The notes: a model not told the origin generated them from the sequence alone. A DNA stretch of 59,648 nucleotides from a virus (IMGVR_UViG_3300017761_004576:1-59648), one strand, 5' to 3'; shown: positions 1 through 10,500, counted from the first letter of the stretch. Program-made: numbers and translations.

Positions 1-12
1 ATCGAAAAAGAC

Positions 13-843
13 ATGACTGTGCTCAGTGCCAATTTGGGCCGGGTCAAAGTTGTGCTGAGCACAGCTGATACCATCAATATTCTAGCACAGCCTGGCAGCT
101 ACAGCATACAGCGCACCGCCGGCAACTATGTGCAGGCAGCATTTACAGATGACAATTCTGGTGCCAGAGCCGACTGCGACATTGTGGATTCGGTATTGCC
201 CGAATTCATGGCCAGTCAACCTGTCACAATTCCCACAATTTATGGTAAAAATTCTTGGCCACAGCCGGGACCACAATCATGGCCGGACTGGGCACTGCAA
301 CCACAACCACAGTCTCGCAACTACTTGACCGAATACTATTCCAGCGAAATCAACACCACTGGTGCCAGTTTGACCACAATCAAGTATGATCTTGTGCATT
401 ATACCGGCACAGTAAAAGTACAAGCTGCCCAGGATTATGAATCCGTTTGGATGGATGTTACAGAAAGTCGTGAGTACTTTGACGAAACCAGCACACAGTA
501 TATCAATGTAGTGGGATTTCATCCCCTGCTGAGATTGGGGCTGAACAACAGTCAAGGCTATGGTGCCTCGGCCACTGCTCAAGTGGTTGACGGTGTGGTC
601 ACCAGTGTGTCAATTACCAACGCAGGCCTAGGATACATGGCTGCACCTTATGTGCAATTGTTGGGCAATGGTGCTGGCGCCACAGCCATTGCCGCACCAT
701 TTGTAGGCCCCAGTGGCATTGGTGCAATCACTGTGACCAACGGTGGATCCGGATACTTGCCCCTGAACTTTGGCGGAACCGAAGCACAGGCGGTGACTGT
801 GCTGATCACAACTGGCTACGTTACCAATATCTTTTATCGTTAG
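13..843 (+). CDS. Virion structural (tail/baseplate-associated) protein, possibly 5'-truncated
   Basis: Gly/Thr/Ala-rich repeats (ITNAGLGY, VTNGGSGY) typical of phage tail/baseplate proteins. Confidence 0.55.
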   Translation: MTVLSANLGRVKVVLSTADTINILAQPGSYSIQRTAGNYVQAAFTDDNSGARADCDIVDSVLPEFMASQPVTIPTIYGKNSWPQPGPQSWPDWALQPQPQSRNYLTEYYSSEINTTGASLTTIKYDLVHYTGTVKVQAAQDYESVWMDVTESREYFDETSTQYINVVGFHPLLRLGLNNSQGYGASATAQVVDGVVTSVSITNAGLGYMAAPYVQLLGNGAGATAIAAPFVGPSGIGAITVTNGGSGYLPLNFGGTEAQAVTVLITTGYVTNIFYR

Positions 844-846
844 GCA

Positions 847-881
847 TTGCATTTGCGTGACAAATCTGTTAAACTGTACAG
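847..881 (+). promoter_or_regulatory. Sigma70-like promoter (TTGCAT-17-TAAACT) for primase, overlapped by a LexA-box-like CTGT-N8-ACAG
   Basis: TTGCAT 847-852, TAAACT 870-875, CTGTTAAACTGTACAG 866-881, ATG at 882. Confidence 0.55.
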
Positions 882-1889
882 ATGCTTGATGTCCTTGCTT
901 ACCTACCTGCAAAAAAGAAACCCACACCCTCTGGTTGGTTGAGTTTCAATGCGGTATGTTGTCAACACACAGGCGGCACACAGGACCGAAGAGGACGTGG
1001 CGGACTCAAGGCCACTAACGCGGGATGGAGTTATCACTGTTTCAATTGCAGTTACACTGCCAGTTTTATCTTGGGTCGTGCCGTAAGTTATACGGCACGC
1101 CGGCTCTTGGGCTGGTTGGGGGTTCCAGAATTAGAAATTGAGATGTTGAATATGGAGAGTCTGCGGCATCGTAGCATACATGGCGTCTTGGAAGATCGAC
1201 AACAAACCTGGAATACTCTGACAGGCATCACATTCGAAGAACGAGACCTGCCACCACATGCCGAATTGTTGATGCCCGAACACACCCGATACTGGGAGTA
1301 TGTGCGTGGTAGACATGTGCCTGAAGACTTTCCTGCCATGGTACAGTTAAAAAATGATGGGGTACATTGGATTCGTCCACACGTGGTGATACCTTTCACA
1401 CACAACAACAAAATTGTAGGATATACCTGTAGATTTTTAGACAACCGGCAGCCCAAGTTTATCAGCGACAGTCAACCAGGATATGTGTTTGGCACAGACC
1501 TGCAACCGTCAGACTGGCAGCATGTGATAGTTGTGGAAGGCATATTCGATGCACTCAGCATTGGTGGTGTGGCGGTGATGCACAACACTGTGTCAGATGC
1601 ACAGGCCAGATTGATACGCAGCCTGAGTCGAGAAATCACAGTGGTGCCTGATCAGGATCAAGCCGGCATTGATTTGATTGACCGTGCAGTAGAACTGGGT
1701 TGGGCAGTGAGCATACCTGAATGGCCTGCAGGCTGTAAAGATGTCAACGATGCAGTGATAAAGTTGGGACGTCTAGGCACCCTACTAATTATAATGCAAT
1801 CAAGAGAAACCAGCCGAATCAAAATAGAAATAAAGAAAAAACAACTTGTTAAAAAAAACTTAATAAAATTAAAAAATGACCTTAGATGA
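882..1889 (+). CDS. DNA primase (T4 gp61-like; Zn finger + TOPRIM)
   Basis: N-terminal Cys/His Zn ligands (CC...HCFNC), TOPRIM VVEGIFDAL, DQD and KDVND motifs; upstream of helicase. Confidence 0.9.
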   Translation: MLDVLAYLPAKKKPTPSGWLSFNAVCCQHTGGTQDRRGRGGLKATNAGWSYHCFNCSYTASFILGRAVSYTARRLLGWLGVPELEIEMLNMESLRHRSIHGVLEDRQQTWNTLTGITFEERDLPPHAELLMPEHTRYWEYVRGRHVPEDFPAMVQLKNDGVHWIRPHVVIPFTHNNKIVGYTCRFLDNRQPKFISDSQPGYVFGTDLQPSDWQHVIVVEGIFDALSIGGVAVMHNTVSDAQARLIRSLSREITVVPDQDQAGIDLIDRAVELGWAVSIPEWPAGCKDVNDAVIKLGRLGTLLIIMQSRETSRIKIEIKKKQLVKKNLIKLKNDLR

Positions 1890-2490
1890 TATAAACGGAT
1901 TAATATGCATTGATCTTTGGGAAAAAATGCCAAATGATAAAAATGTAACGCCACAACAATTAATTTGGTTGGATCAACTAAGTCAAAATCTCAGTCAATA
2001 TTCTTGGCATAGTATTATAAATGCATCATATCACACCAAAATTGATTATTCAGATCCAAGTATCTATAACACACTGCTGTGTTATAATTGGAGCAAATAT
2101 GATGCAAATGTTATGTCGGAGTTGGTAAGACAATGCAATAATTATGTTATGAGTCAGCACATGATTGACAGAGTGTTTGGCCCAAGTACATTTGCTTTAT
2201 ACAGCATTGACAGTTTTATCAAGCATCATACTACATTGGTCCCACATGTCAAGTCCTGGTTAGTGGTAGGACAGGCCTGGAATTGTTGTGTTCACGCAAG
2301 AAGTATTGGATTACTTAACTTGTGCAAGGTTGCAGAACAACTGGGAATTTGTATATATGGAACTCCCAGTGGATTTTTACATCTAGATAACAAATCACAA
2401 TGTGATGATGCTGATTTACTCAATGATTCATTGATAACTTGGACACACATAGACAATGACATATTTCAAGCAACAGTTAAAACAAAATAA
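1876..2490 (+). CDS. AT-rich hypothetical protein, isochorismatase/cysteine-hydrolase-like; paralog of 19005..19616
   Basis: LICIDLWE ... VGQAWNCCV motifs. Confidence 0.5.
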   Translation: MTLDDINGLICIDLWEKMPNDKNVTPQQLIWLDQLSQNLSQYSWHSIINASYHTKIDYSDPSIYNTLLCYNWSKYDANVMSELVRQCNNYVMSQHMIDRVFGPSTFALYSIDSFIKHHTTLVPHVKSWLVVGQAWNCCVHARSIGLLNLCKVAEQLGICIYGTPSGFLHLDNKSQCDDADLLNDSLITWTHIDNDIFQATVKTK

Positions 2491-2501
2491 AGGTTGTCAC
2501 A

Positions 2502-3929
2502 ATGATAAAAGATTACGGAATTGAGTTCCAAAAAATATTTTTACAAATGATGTTGGAAGATGCACAGAGTTATGTTCGTGTGCAAAATATTTACAACCCA
2601 CAAAACTTTGACAAAAATCTACGCTCAGCTGCCGAACTTATAAAATCCTACTCTGACAAATACACCACGCTACCCACCAGGACACAGATTCTAGCCGAAA
2701 CTGGCATCAACATTGATTCTATACCCGAGGAATTAAAAGGGGAAAATCATCAGGCTTGGTTTTTGGAAGAGTTTGAAGCGTTTACCAGACGTCAAGAACT
2801 TGAACGTGCTATCTTAAAGGCAGCAGACTTGCTGGAAAAAGGTGAGTTTGATCCTGTGGAAAAGTTAATCAAGGATGCTGTGCAGATCAGTTTGACCAGG
2901 GACATGGGCACAGACTACTTTGCTGATCCCAGTGCTCGTATCAACAAGTACTTTAATTCGGGCGGACAAGTGTCAACCGGGTGGCCACAAATGGACAGGC
3001 TATTGTATGGTGGGTTCAGCAGAGGTGAACTAAACATCTTTGCTGGTGGGTCGGGATCAGGTAAGTCATTGGTAATGATGAACATCGCACTGAACTGGTT
3101 ACAACAGGGCTTGAGTGGTGTTTATATCACACTAGAACTCTCAGAGGAACTCACAAGTTTACGAACAGATGCCATGTTGACCAACATGAGCACCAAGGAC
3201 ATTCGCAAGGACATAGACACAACAGAACTCAAGGTCAAGCTGGTGGCAAAAAAATCCGGCAACTATCAAGTCAAAGGCTTGCCTGCACAAAGCAACATCA
3301 ACGACATACGGGCATACCTGAAAGAATATCAAATACAAACAGGCAAGCGTGTGGACTTTGTGATGATCGACTACTTGGACCTGCTGATGCCTGTGAGTGC
3401 AAAAGTTTCGCCCAATGACTTGTTTGTGAAGGACAAGTATGTGAGTGAAGAACTGCGCAACTTGGCCAAGGAGCTGGGATTCTTGATGGTAACTGCATCA
3501 CAGTTGAATCGGTCAGCTGTGGAAGAAATTGAATTTGATCACAGTCACATTTCAGGTGGTATATCTAAAATCAACACAGCAGACAATGTGTTTGGTATCT
3601 TTACTTCACGTGCTATGAAAGAGCGTGGCAAGTATCAGATACAGTGTATGAAGTCTCGAAGCTCAACCGGCGTTGGTCAAAAAATTGATCTGGAGTACAA
3701 CATTGAAACCATGCGCATTACTGACGAAGGCGGAGAAGATGGAGACACATATTCAAAGAAACCATCTGCTTCAATCATGGACTCAATCAAAGCCCGCAGC
3801 CAAGTTAGCTCGGCTGGTGATGACTCAAACAGCACTCCATGGGACAGTGCGGAACCAGTTGCAAAAGCCACAGCAGACGTTCAAAGTGCCAAACTAAAAC
3901 AACTGCTAGGAAAAATTAAACAGTCATGA
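2502..3929 (+). CDS. Replicative DnaB-like helicase (T4 gp41-like)
   Basis: Walker A GGSGSGKS, IDYLDL, ASQLNR motifs. Confidence 0.93.
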   Translation: MIKDYGIEFQKIFLQMMLEDAQSYVRVQNIYNPQNFDKNLRSAAELIKSYSDKYTTLPTRTQILAETGINIDSIPEELKGENHQAWFLEEFEAFTRRQELERAILKAADLLEKGEFDPVEKLIKDAVQISLTRDMGTDYFADPSARINKYFNSGGQVSTGWPQMDRLLYGGFSRGELNIFAGGSGSGKSLVMMNIALNWLQQGLSGVYITLELSEELTSLRTDAMLTNMSTKDIRKDIDTTELKVKLVAKKSGNYQVKGLPAQSNINDIRAYLKEYQIQTGKRVDFVMIDYLDLLMPVSAKVSPNDLFVKDKYVSEELRNLAKELGFLMVTASQLNRSAVEEIEFDHSHISGGISKINTADNVFGIFTSRAMKERGKYQIQCMKSRSSTGVGQKIDLEYNIETMRITDEGGEDGDTYSKKPSASIMDSIKARSQVSSAGDDSNSTPWDSAEPVAKATADVQSAKLKQLLGKIKQS

Positions 3930-3996
3930 CTTTAATTAACAATTGTATTGTGCTTCAACTGGGTAAGGAAGCATGTAGATCGGATGGAATTTGCAA

Positions 3997-4773
3997 ATGA
4001 TTTTTATAGATTACCCACCAGGTGGACTTGGCAATTTTCTAGCACAAATTTTAACAAGCGAGAGTGATGCGGCACTTGGCGATCAACTTTCTTTTCATCG
4101 TAATCCAAACAAAAAATATTCTACATTAACGCCTGAATCAGGTGAGCAATTTTGTCAACGAATAAAATTATTCACGCCCAGTCGAGAAGTAACGGTAGTA
4201 CATTCATTTGGCAATCTTAATGAACTACGAACTCGTTGGCCAACTGCAACAATAATACAAGTTGTTGTTAGACAAGAAATTGCAATACTACTTAATAATA
4301 TGTGGAGGAAAGCTGCTCCAGATAATCCCAATTCTAAAACAACAATGTCGGACAGATTGGTTCAACATTACGAAAAAGATACAGAGGCAGTACAGAGAGA
4401 AAACTATGCACTTTCTTATTTGTATTTTAAACAAAATTCTGGATATCATAATACTCGGCATCCGGCAACTGACATAGAAATCAATTTTGATAACTTATAT
4501 CACGGCCCCGATGCTATGCACACAGAATTTTTGAAAATCAAGAAAGATGTCGATGTAACAAGAATTAACAACGTTTTTCAGTCAACGCAACACACAATAA
4601 TACAAAAAAATAATCTATATAAAAAATTAGTTTCAGGATCTATATCTTGGGAACAAAGCAAGCATCATTTTGACACACTCGATCACGGGCTAATATGTGG
4701 TATACTCCAGGAAAAATATAATAAAGAATTTTTCCTACCAAATCAAGAACATTTTGAATTGGTTATGCCATGA
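3997..4773 (+). CDS. AT-rich hypothetical protein (possible P-loop/sulfotransferase-like fold)
   Basis: Long ORF coupled to radical SAM gene; N-terminal IDYPPGGLGNF. Confidence 0.45.
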   Translation: MIFIDYPPGGLGNFLAQILTSESDAALGDQLSFHRNPNKKYSTLTPESGEQFCQRIKLFTPSREVTVVHSFGNLNELRTRWPTATIIQVVVRQEIAILLNNMWRKAAPDNPNSKTTMSDRLVQHYEKDTEAVQRENYALSYLYFKQNSGYHNTRHPATDIEINFDNLYHGPDAMHTEFLKIKKDVDVTRINNVFQSTQHTIIQKNNLYKKLVSGSISWEQSKHHFDTLDHGLICGILQEKYNKEFFLPNQEHFELVMP

Positions 4774-5777
4774 TAGATTTTAACAGTATTCGTGACATTC
4801 ATTTAGAAATCTCTAGTTTGTGTAATGCTAGTTGTCCCTGGTGTCCTAGAACATTCTGGGGTTATCCCTACAACGGCGGCTATCCGGAAGTCAATCTTTC
4901 ACTTGAGCAAGCACAAAAAATACTCCAACCTGCTTTGTTAAATCAATTGACTAGCATTCGCATCAATGGAAATTTTGGAGACATTGTAATGAATCCAGAA
5001 GGGCCGGATATTGTTGAGTATTTTTTCAGCGTGAATCCTGATTTGTATATTTCTATCAGTACCAATGGCGGTGCAAGAAATAGCAAATTTTGGTCTCAAT
5101 TGGCGCAAACATCAGCCATAGTGTCGTTTTGCTTGGACGGGCTTGAAGATACACATCACTTGTACAGACAAAACACTGTGTGGTCCACGGTGATTGCTAA
5201 TGCACAAACGTTTATTTCGGCCGGGGGCCAAGCCGTATGGAAAATGATAAAATTTGATCACAATCGGCATCAGATCGATGCATGTCGGGACCTGAGCAAA
5301 AGTATGGGATTTACAAAATTTGACCTAGTTAATGATGGAAGAAATACAGCACCGGTATTTAACAATCTCGGAGAACTCACACATGTGCTGGGAAACTACA
5401 CCGGTGAACAAGATTTCAAAGTACTGTTTCATAAAAAAACAACTGACCAAATTTTATTGACAGATATTATAAACGATAGGCTGCCTAGAAATAATGTTTC
5501 ATGCAAGACCATAAAATCAAAATCTATATATATATCTGCAAACGGTGATGTTAGTCCATGTTGTTGGACTGGATTTCATCCTAAAACATATGGTGCCGGA
5601 CAGTATCATCAAGCAGCCAACGCCCAACTAGTGCCATTGATATCAAAAAATAATGCGTTAGAATACTCTCTAGAAGAATGTATCAACTGGTTCGGGTCAG
5701 TAGAAACATCCTGGAAGATTGACACTTATGAACAAGGGCGCCTAGTTATTTGTGATGACAATTGCGGATGTGATTAA
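4770..5777 (+). CDS. Radical SAM protein with SPASM/twitch domain
   Basis: CNASCPWC (CxxxCxxC), C-terminal GDVSPCC and CDDNCGC. Confidence 0.9.
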   Translation: MIDFNSIRDIHLEISSLCNASCPWCPRTFWGYPYNGGYPEVNLSLEQAQKILQPALLNQLTSIRINGNFGDIVMNPEGPDIVEYFFSVNPDLYISISTNGGARNSKFWSQLAQTSAIVSFCLDGLEDTHHLYRQNTVWSTVIANAQTFISAGGQAVWKMIKFDHNRHQIDACRDLSKSMGFTKFDLVNDGRNTAPVFNNLGELTHVLGNYTGEQDFKVLFHKKTTDQILLTDIINDRLPRNNVSCKTIKSKSIYISANGDVSPCCWTGFHPKTYGAGQYHQAANAQLVPLISKNNALEYSLEECINWFGSVETSWKIDTYEQGRLVICDDNCGCD

Positions 5778-6610
5778 GACGCTGTGGTCACAGCAGTCCA
5801 GCCAGTGGTACCATTGGTGTTGACATACATTCTGGTACTGGTTGAGCTGCCGTCTGTACGCAGATACAAACTTCCTTGTGCCGCACTCAATGTGGGCGCA
5901 CCAGATCCAAAAAACACACCAAGATTGGCAGTGCTGGACATTTTTAAACCAGCACCGGTTGTGCCGCCTGAGGGCACAGCAGTACCGCTCAGTACGGTGG
6001 CATTGCCCACAACAGTGACTGAATTGGTGTAGTAATTCAACGGGCGATTTAGATCAAATATTGTGATGGTGGTTCCGGCGTCAACTGTTTCAAAATCAAA
6101 TTCATATGTGCCAGTGGCCGCAAATGTGATTGTATTGGCACTATATCCTTGAATGCCAGTGGTGCCCACGCTGACTACACTGGGCAGGGTCACAGTGTAG
6201 GCTGTGTTTGATATGATCAATCTCAGTCGCATGAGTCCTGCTGTGCCTGACCTTGGAAAGTTGACAAAACTCAAGCTGATGCTGCCTGTGGGCACTATGG
6301 TTTGATAGTGTCCAGCACTGTAATCCACTGCTATGCTGCCGCTGGTGGCAGTGATGGCCACAGCAGTGGCTGAAAAATCTTGGATCAAGGCAGCATAGAT
6401 CAACTGGTCGCCCATGTTGTTGTCCAGGGTAGTGCCTGTGAGCGCAGCCTTGAGTACCGCTTTGATTTGTAAATCAGTTATCTCATCTGCGGCATATTGG
6501 AAATTGGTTTTGGTATTGGTAAAATTATCTCTAAAACCCTGAGTGTTATTGGGCTGGTTGGCCACGGGATAATTGCCGACAATGTTGTTGGGATCGATTG
6601 CACTAGTCAT
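5774..6610 (-). CDS. Virion structural/tail fibre-associated protein
   Basis: QGFRDNFTNTK N-terminal motif, Thr/Gly-rich, GSGAPT..AQGSLYLRTDG fibre-tip motif; TAAATA upstream on minus strand. Confidence 0.6.
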   Translation of the reverse strand: MTSAIDPNNIVGNYPVANQPNNTQGFRDNFTNTKTNFQYAADEITDLQIKAVLKAALTGTTLDNNMGDQLIYAALIQDFSATAVAITATSGSIAVDYSAGHYQTIVPTGSISLSFVNFPRSGTAGLMRLRLIISNTAYTVTLPSVVSVGTTGIQGYSANTITFAATGTYEFDFETVDAGTTITIFDLNRPLNYYTNSVTVVGNATVLSGTAVPSGGTTGAGLKMSSTANLGVFFGSGAPTLSAAQGSLYLRTDGSSTSTRMYVNTNGTTGWTAVTTAS

Positions 6611-6680
6611 TGGATGTCCTTGCTATGATGAGATATTTATCGCAAGCCCAAATCAGCTAAATAATACAAAGGTTGGAGAA

Positions 6681-6929
6681 ATGCAGAAAAAAACCCGCAG
6701 CATATTGGAAGAACTTGACAGCTTGTATGTAGAACGCGATCGTCGATTGTTGATCGAAAATCGTGCGGCAACTTTGATTGAAAACGCCATACGACTAATG
6801 GATCAGATTGAAGTTGAATATTCGCCAGAACAAGCCGAAAATCTACAGAGAAAATTGTTCAATGCCATACGCACACGGGACACTGGCAAGTTCTCCCGTT
6901 CCATAAGGAAAACTCATGTTGATATATGA
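6681..6929 (+). CDS. Hypothetical late protein
   Basis: TAAATA + GGAG RBS before ATG 6681. Confidence 0.6.
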   Translation: MQKKTRSILEELDSLYVERDRRLLIENRAATLIENAIRLMDQIEVEYSPEQAENLQRKLFNAIRTRDTGKFSRSIRKTHVDI

Positions 6930-8052
6930 AATAACCTGGGCTAGTACCAAGGCCGCAGCGTCCAATGCAGCCTCAGCATGGAAATCACAGGCAGCCGCTG
7001 TGGGTCGAGGCCTTGGGGGAATTGCTGCACAAGGCATCAACAATGCACTGGGCACTACAATTGGGCAAAACCCCTATGCTGGTGGCACTGCTTCACAAAA
7101 AGCCTCGTCCATGGCAGCACCCTTGGTAAAAGATCAAGCTGAAACAAATGCTCGGCAATGGGAAAATGCAGTGGGACAGGCCATGAAACGTGAAAATGTG
7201 TCCACGCCCCGGATGCTTAGTCAAACCAGTATTCAAACATTGAAACAAAATTTGTTGCAGCAGGTGCACAACAATCTCTTGCAACGAATGCTGGGCAATG
7301 ACTACAATAAATTGGCCACAATATCGGATGATCCTGCAGTGAAACAACAGGCACAGGTCATAGTCAAAACTATTACTGATGCTGTCAACACCCTAACAGG
7401 CAGTGTGTCTGCTGCTGCTCAACAACCAGTGGCTCAAAAACCGGCCATGCCAAATTATGCGTCGGGCGTGGGCCCGGGGGTAAAACCACAAACGTCAGTG
7501 GTTCCATCTTCGGTCACTGGAACATCAACTATAAAACCATCGGTGGCGCCAACAAAAAAATTACAACCTATCAGTGTAGGCGGCCAAAGAATTGACCCTA
7601 GTGATCCTGCGTATGCTGCTATAATGAAAAATGCACCTGTGACTGAGGTATTTGATCGATTTGCTGTGCCTGCTGAAACCAGAAAAATCTGGGCGGATAC
7701 CTGGCAGAAACTCAGTCAGGCCACATACAATGCCATGAACTTGATTCAGTTCAATCAAGAAAAATTGACAAACAACAGATCTACATTGAGTGCAAGACCT
7801 GCACCAGTGATCATTCAGAACAAGAATAGCCAGTATCAAATTGGCCGTACCTTGATTGACCCATCAAAAACAACCATGCAAGACGTCAAAACGTTTATAG
7901 ACAATGAAAAAAACAAAACAGGCCAGATTCCAAAAATTTCTATCACACCTGCTGGACAAATCACAGTTGGCAAACTCACACTGGATGAAACGGATCCAGC
8001 CGAAAAAGAATTAATTGGCATCATCGAAAAAGAAATGGGCATTACAACATGA
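6916..8052 (+). CDS. Hypothetical Ala/Gln-rich protein, probable internal head protein
   Basis: Long ORF, MLIYEI N-terminus, overlapped with neighbours. Confidence 0.5.
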   Translation: MLIYEITWASTKAAASNAASAWKSQAAAVGRGLGGIAAQGINNALGTTIGQNPYAGGTASQKASSMAAPLVKDQAETNARQWENAVGQAMKRENVSTPRMLSQTSIQTLKQNLLQQVHNNLLQRMLGNDYNKLATISDDPAVKQQAQVIVKTITDAVNTLTGSVSAAAQQPVAQKPAMPNYASGVGPGVKPQTSVVPSSVTGTSTIKPSVAPTKKLQPISVGGQRIDPSDPAYAAIMKNAPVTEVFDRFAVPAETRKIWADTWQKLSQATYNAMNLIQFNQEKLTNNRSTLSARPAPVIIQNKNSQYQIGRTLIDPSKTTMQDVKTFIDNEKNKTGQIPKISITPAGQITVGKLTLDETDPAEKELIGIIEKEMGITT

Positions 8053-9971
8053 AAAGCCTGCGCACACTGTTAGAAGGCGGCAATGTATTCAAAGACGCAG
8101 ATGGCCAGCCACTCACGGGTCGAATCAATCAAAGTGATGTGCCTGCCACAGTGGCCTGGATTGAACAACTCACAGGATTGCAATTCCCACGTGAACGTTG
8201 GCTGGGCAGCACAGGCAAGGCTGCCACGTCAGGCGACATAGATTTGGCAGTGGACACCAGCGAAATCTCCAAAGACCAGTTGGCGGCCAAATTAACACAG
8301 TGGATTGTGAGCCATAAACTGCCACCTGCAGAGCGGATCAAAAAGGGCGGCGAAGTTCATTTGAGAACACCCATTCAAGGACGTCCTGACTTGGGCTATG
8401 TACAAACTGACTTCATGTTCTTTCCCAACTTGGACTGGGGCACATTCTTTTATTCGGGTGGCGAGGATTCGGCCTACAAAGGCATGAATCGCAATGTGTT
8501 AATGAGCAGCATTGCCAAACAGCTGGGACTCAAAGTGGGCGCTAATGGCATGTTCAGTCGTGCCACAAATCAACTGGTTGACGGTGGCATGGACCCTGAC
8601 TATGTGGCACAGACGTTGTTGGGCCGTGGGCGCACAAAGAAAGATCTCAAGAATGTAGAAAGTATTTTTGCTGCTTTGATACAAGACAAGGACAAAGAAG
8701 CCAAGGTCCGAGACTTTCGTGACTACTTAACCAAAGAAGGTCTACAGCAGCCTGACGCTGTGACGGAAGATGCAGACACCTACTTTCTGGCACGACTGCG
8801 TGATAGAATTGTGAACCAGGGCATGCAGCCCTTGGTAGAACGTGAAAGCGCCAATACTTATCAACTCTACGAAGCTGAAGAAGCAGGTGTAGGCGGCAAA
8901 GCCAAGGGTATTGAACACTTGGAAGACTATGTGTTCCGTAATGGTCTGCCGGGTGTGACCAAGGCCTTGCAGATTGTTCAAGCAGCAGCAGATGCGCCTG
9001 CCAAGACCACTACTGTGAAATGGGACGGTAAACCTGCTGTGATATTTGGACGCAAACCTGACACCGGAGAGTTTGTGCTCACAGACGGTTCGGGATTTGA
9101 AGCCAAGGGCTATGATGGCCTGGCCACAAGTCCACGCATGATGGCCGACATACAAAGCACACGGTCTGGCGCCAGGGGCGAGCTGATTCAACTGTATACC
9201 ACATTGTGGCCCAAGTTAGAAGCTGCCTTGCCCGCAAACTTTCGTGGCTATGTCAAAGGCGACTTGTTGTATATGGATACGCCGCCATTAGAAGCTGGGA
9301 ACTATGTGTTCAAGCCCAACACAGTGCAGTACAGAATTCCAGCCAAAACTTCCTTAGGTCAACGCATAGGCGCCAGCGACACAGGCATTGCCATGCATTC
9401 CATGTACGCAGACGCAGGTGACGCACGTCAACCACTCAGTGGCGTGCGATTCAATGAAGTGCCTGGCCTGTTGTTGATTGAACCCATTGGCGGCAAAGAA
9501 ATTGCGCCCGATGCTGCTCTAATTAGCCAGATCAAATCTGTGGCCAACAGTGGAGATGGTCGTGCCATTGCCACCTTGTTCAACCCTGCAGAATTGCGAG
9601 CACAGCAGATAACAGACCTGGCAAAACTGTGTGTGGACTACATCAACTACAGAATCAAAACCAGCAGCAACTTTGACAACTTGTTGTCTGGCTTTGGCGA
9701 ATGGCTGCAGACCAAAGTCACCCCCAAGAAATTTGGCAACATTGTGGAATATCTAAACAGTCCAGCCAGCAACGCAGGTGCACTGGCAGCGGCATTTACC
9801 TTGTTTTTGCTGTTGCATAACTTGAAGCTGGATATCTTGCGCCAGCTGGACTTGAAGGACCCTGGGCACGAAGGCTGGGTCATGGCCACCGATGCAGGCT
9901 ACGCCAAAGCTGTCAATAGATTTGACTTCTCAGCTAGAAATGCCGCTCAAAACAATCCGCCAGCCGGCTGA
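8049..9971 (+). CDS. Fusion: Pol-beta-type nucleotidyltransferase + ATP-grasp ligase-like (KWDG) domain
   Basis: GSTGK..SGDIDLAVD and VQTDFM in N-half; IEHLED, TVKWDGKPAVIFG, KGDLLY, HEGWV in C-half. Confidence 0.65.
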   Translation: MKSLRTLLEGGNVFKDADGQPLTGRINQSDVPATVAWIEQLTGLQFPRERWLGSTGKAATSGDIDLAVDTSEISKDQLAAKLTQWIVSHKLPPAERIKKGGEVHLRTPIQGRPDLGYVQTDFMFFPNLDWGTFFYSGGEDSAYKGMNRNVLMSSIAKQLGLKVGANGMFSRATNQLVDGGMDPDYVAQTLLGRGRTKKDLKNVESIFAALIQDKDKEAKVRDFRDYLTKEGLQQPDAVTEDADTYFLARLRDRIVNQGMQPLVERESANTYQLYEAEEAGVGGKAKGIEHLEDYVFRNGLPGVTKALQIVQAAADAPAKTTTVKWDGKPAVIFGRKPDTGEFVLTDGSGFEAKGYDGLATSPRMMADIQSTRSGARGELIQLYTTLWPKLEAALPANFRGYVKGDLLYMDTPPLEAGNYVFKPNTVQYRIPAKTSLGQRIGASDTGIAMHSMYADAGDARQPLSGVRFNEVPGLLLIEPIGGKEIAPDAALISQIKSVANSGDGRAIATLFNPAELRAQQITDLAKLCVDYINYRIKTSSNFDNLLSGFGEWLQTKVTPKKFGNIVEYLNSPASNAGALAAAFTLFLLLHNLKLDILRQLDLKDPGHEGWVMATDAGYAKAVNRFDFSARNAAQNNPPAG

Positions 9972-10036
9972 TTTTTTCCCAAAAGACTAAATAAAAGCAG
10001 GTCCAACAAGACCACTTAACCTAAAGGAAAAAAATC

Positions 10037-10447
10037 ATGGCACAGTTTACAAAAGTAAATGGAACTACACAACCAGTATTCGCACTGGACGTGGCAAACG
10101 GTAGTATCGTAGGAACAGCAAACGTTGCGGCCCAAGGCCCAGTAATGTTGTCTGGACCACAACTGCAATTCTTCTCATTGACAGCAAACGCTGCACTTAC
10201 CAATGCTGGTAATGTCAACGGTTACTTGAACAATGTGTTGCAAGCAGTTCAACAGACTGGCACAATTGCTTTTTATCAAGCAGGTGCAACAGCTGGCACA
10301 ATCAACTTGGCTATCTATCCAAGCGGTGCTTACACCACAGCTACCTTGGTTGCTGCTGCTCAAACAGCCAAGGCCACAGGCGGCCTGAATATTGGTATCC
10401 CAACTGGTAACGTCACTGCAACAGCCAGTTTCACTAATTTGGCATAA
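10037..10447 (+). CDS. Small Ala/Thr-rich virion protein (decoration-like)
   Basis: TAAATA, strong AAAGGA RBS, own terminator, biased codons. Confidence 0.55.
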   Translation: MAQFTKVNGTTQPVFALDVANGSIVGTANVAAQGPVMLSGPQLQFFSLTANAALTNAGNVNGYLNNVLQAVQQTGTIAFYQAGATAGTINLAIYPSGAYTTATLVAAAQTAKATGGLNIGIPTGNVTATASFTNLA

Positions 10448-10466
10448 TAACTAGATAGTGAAAATT

Positions 10467-10500
10467 AACCCTGGACGTAAAAAATCCAGGGTTTCTTTTT
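10467..10500 (+). terminator. Rho-independent terminator
   Basis: AACCCTGGA-loop-TCCAGGGTT followed by T-tract. Confidence 0.75.
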
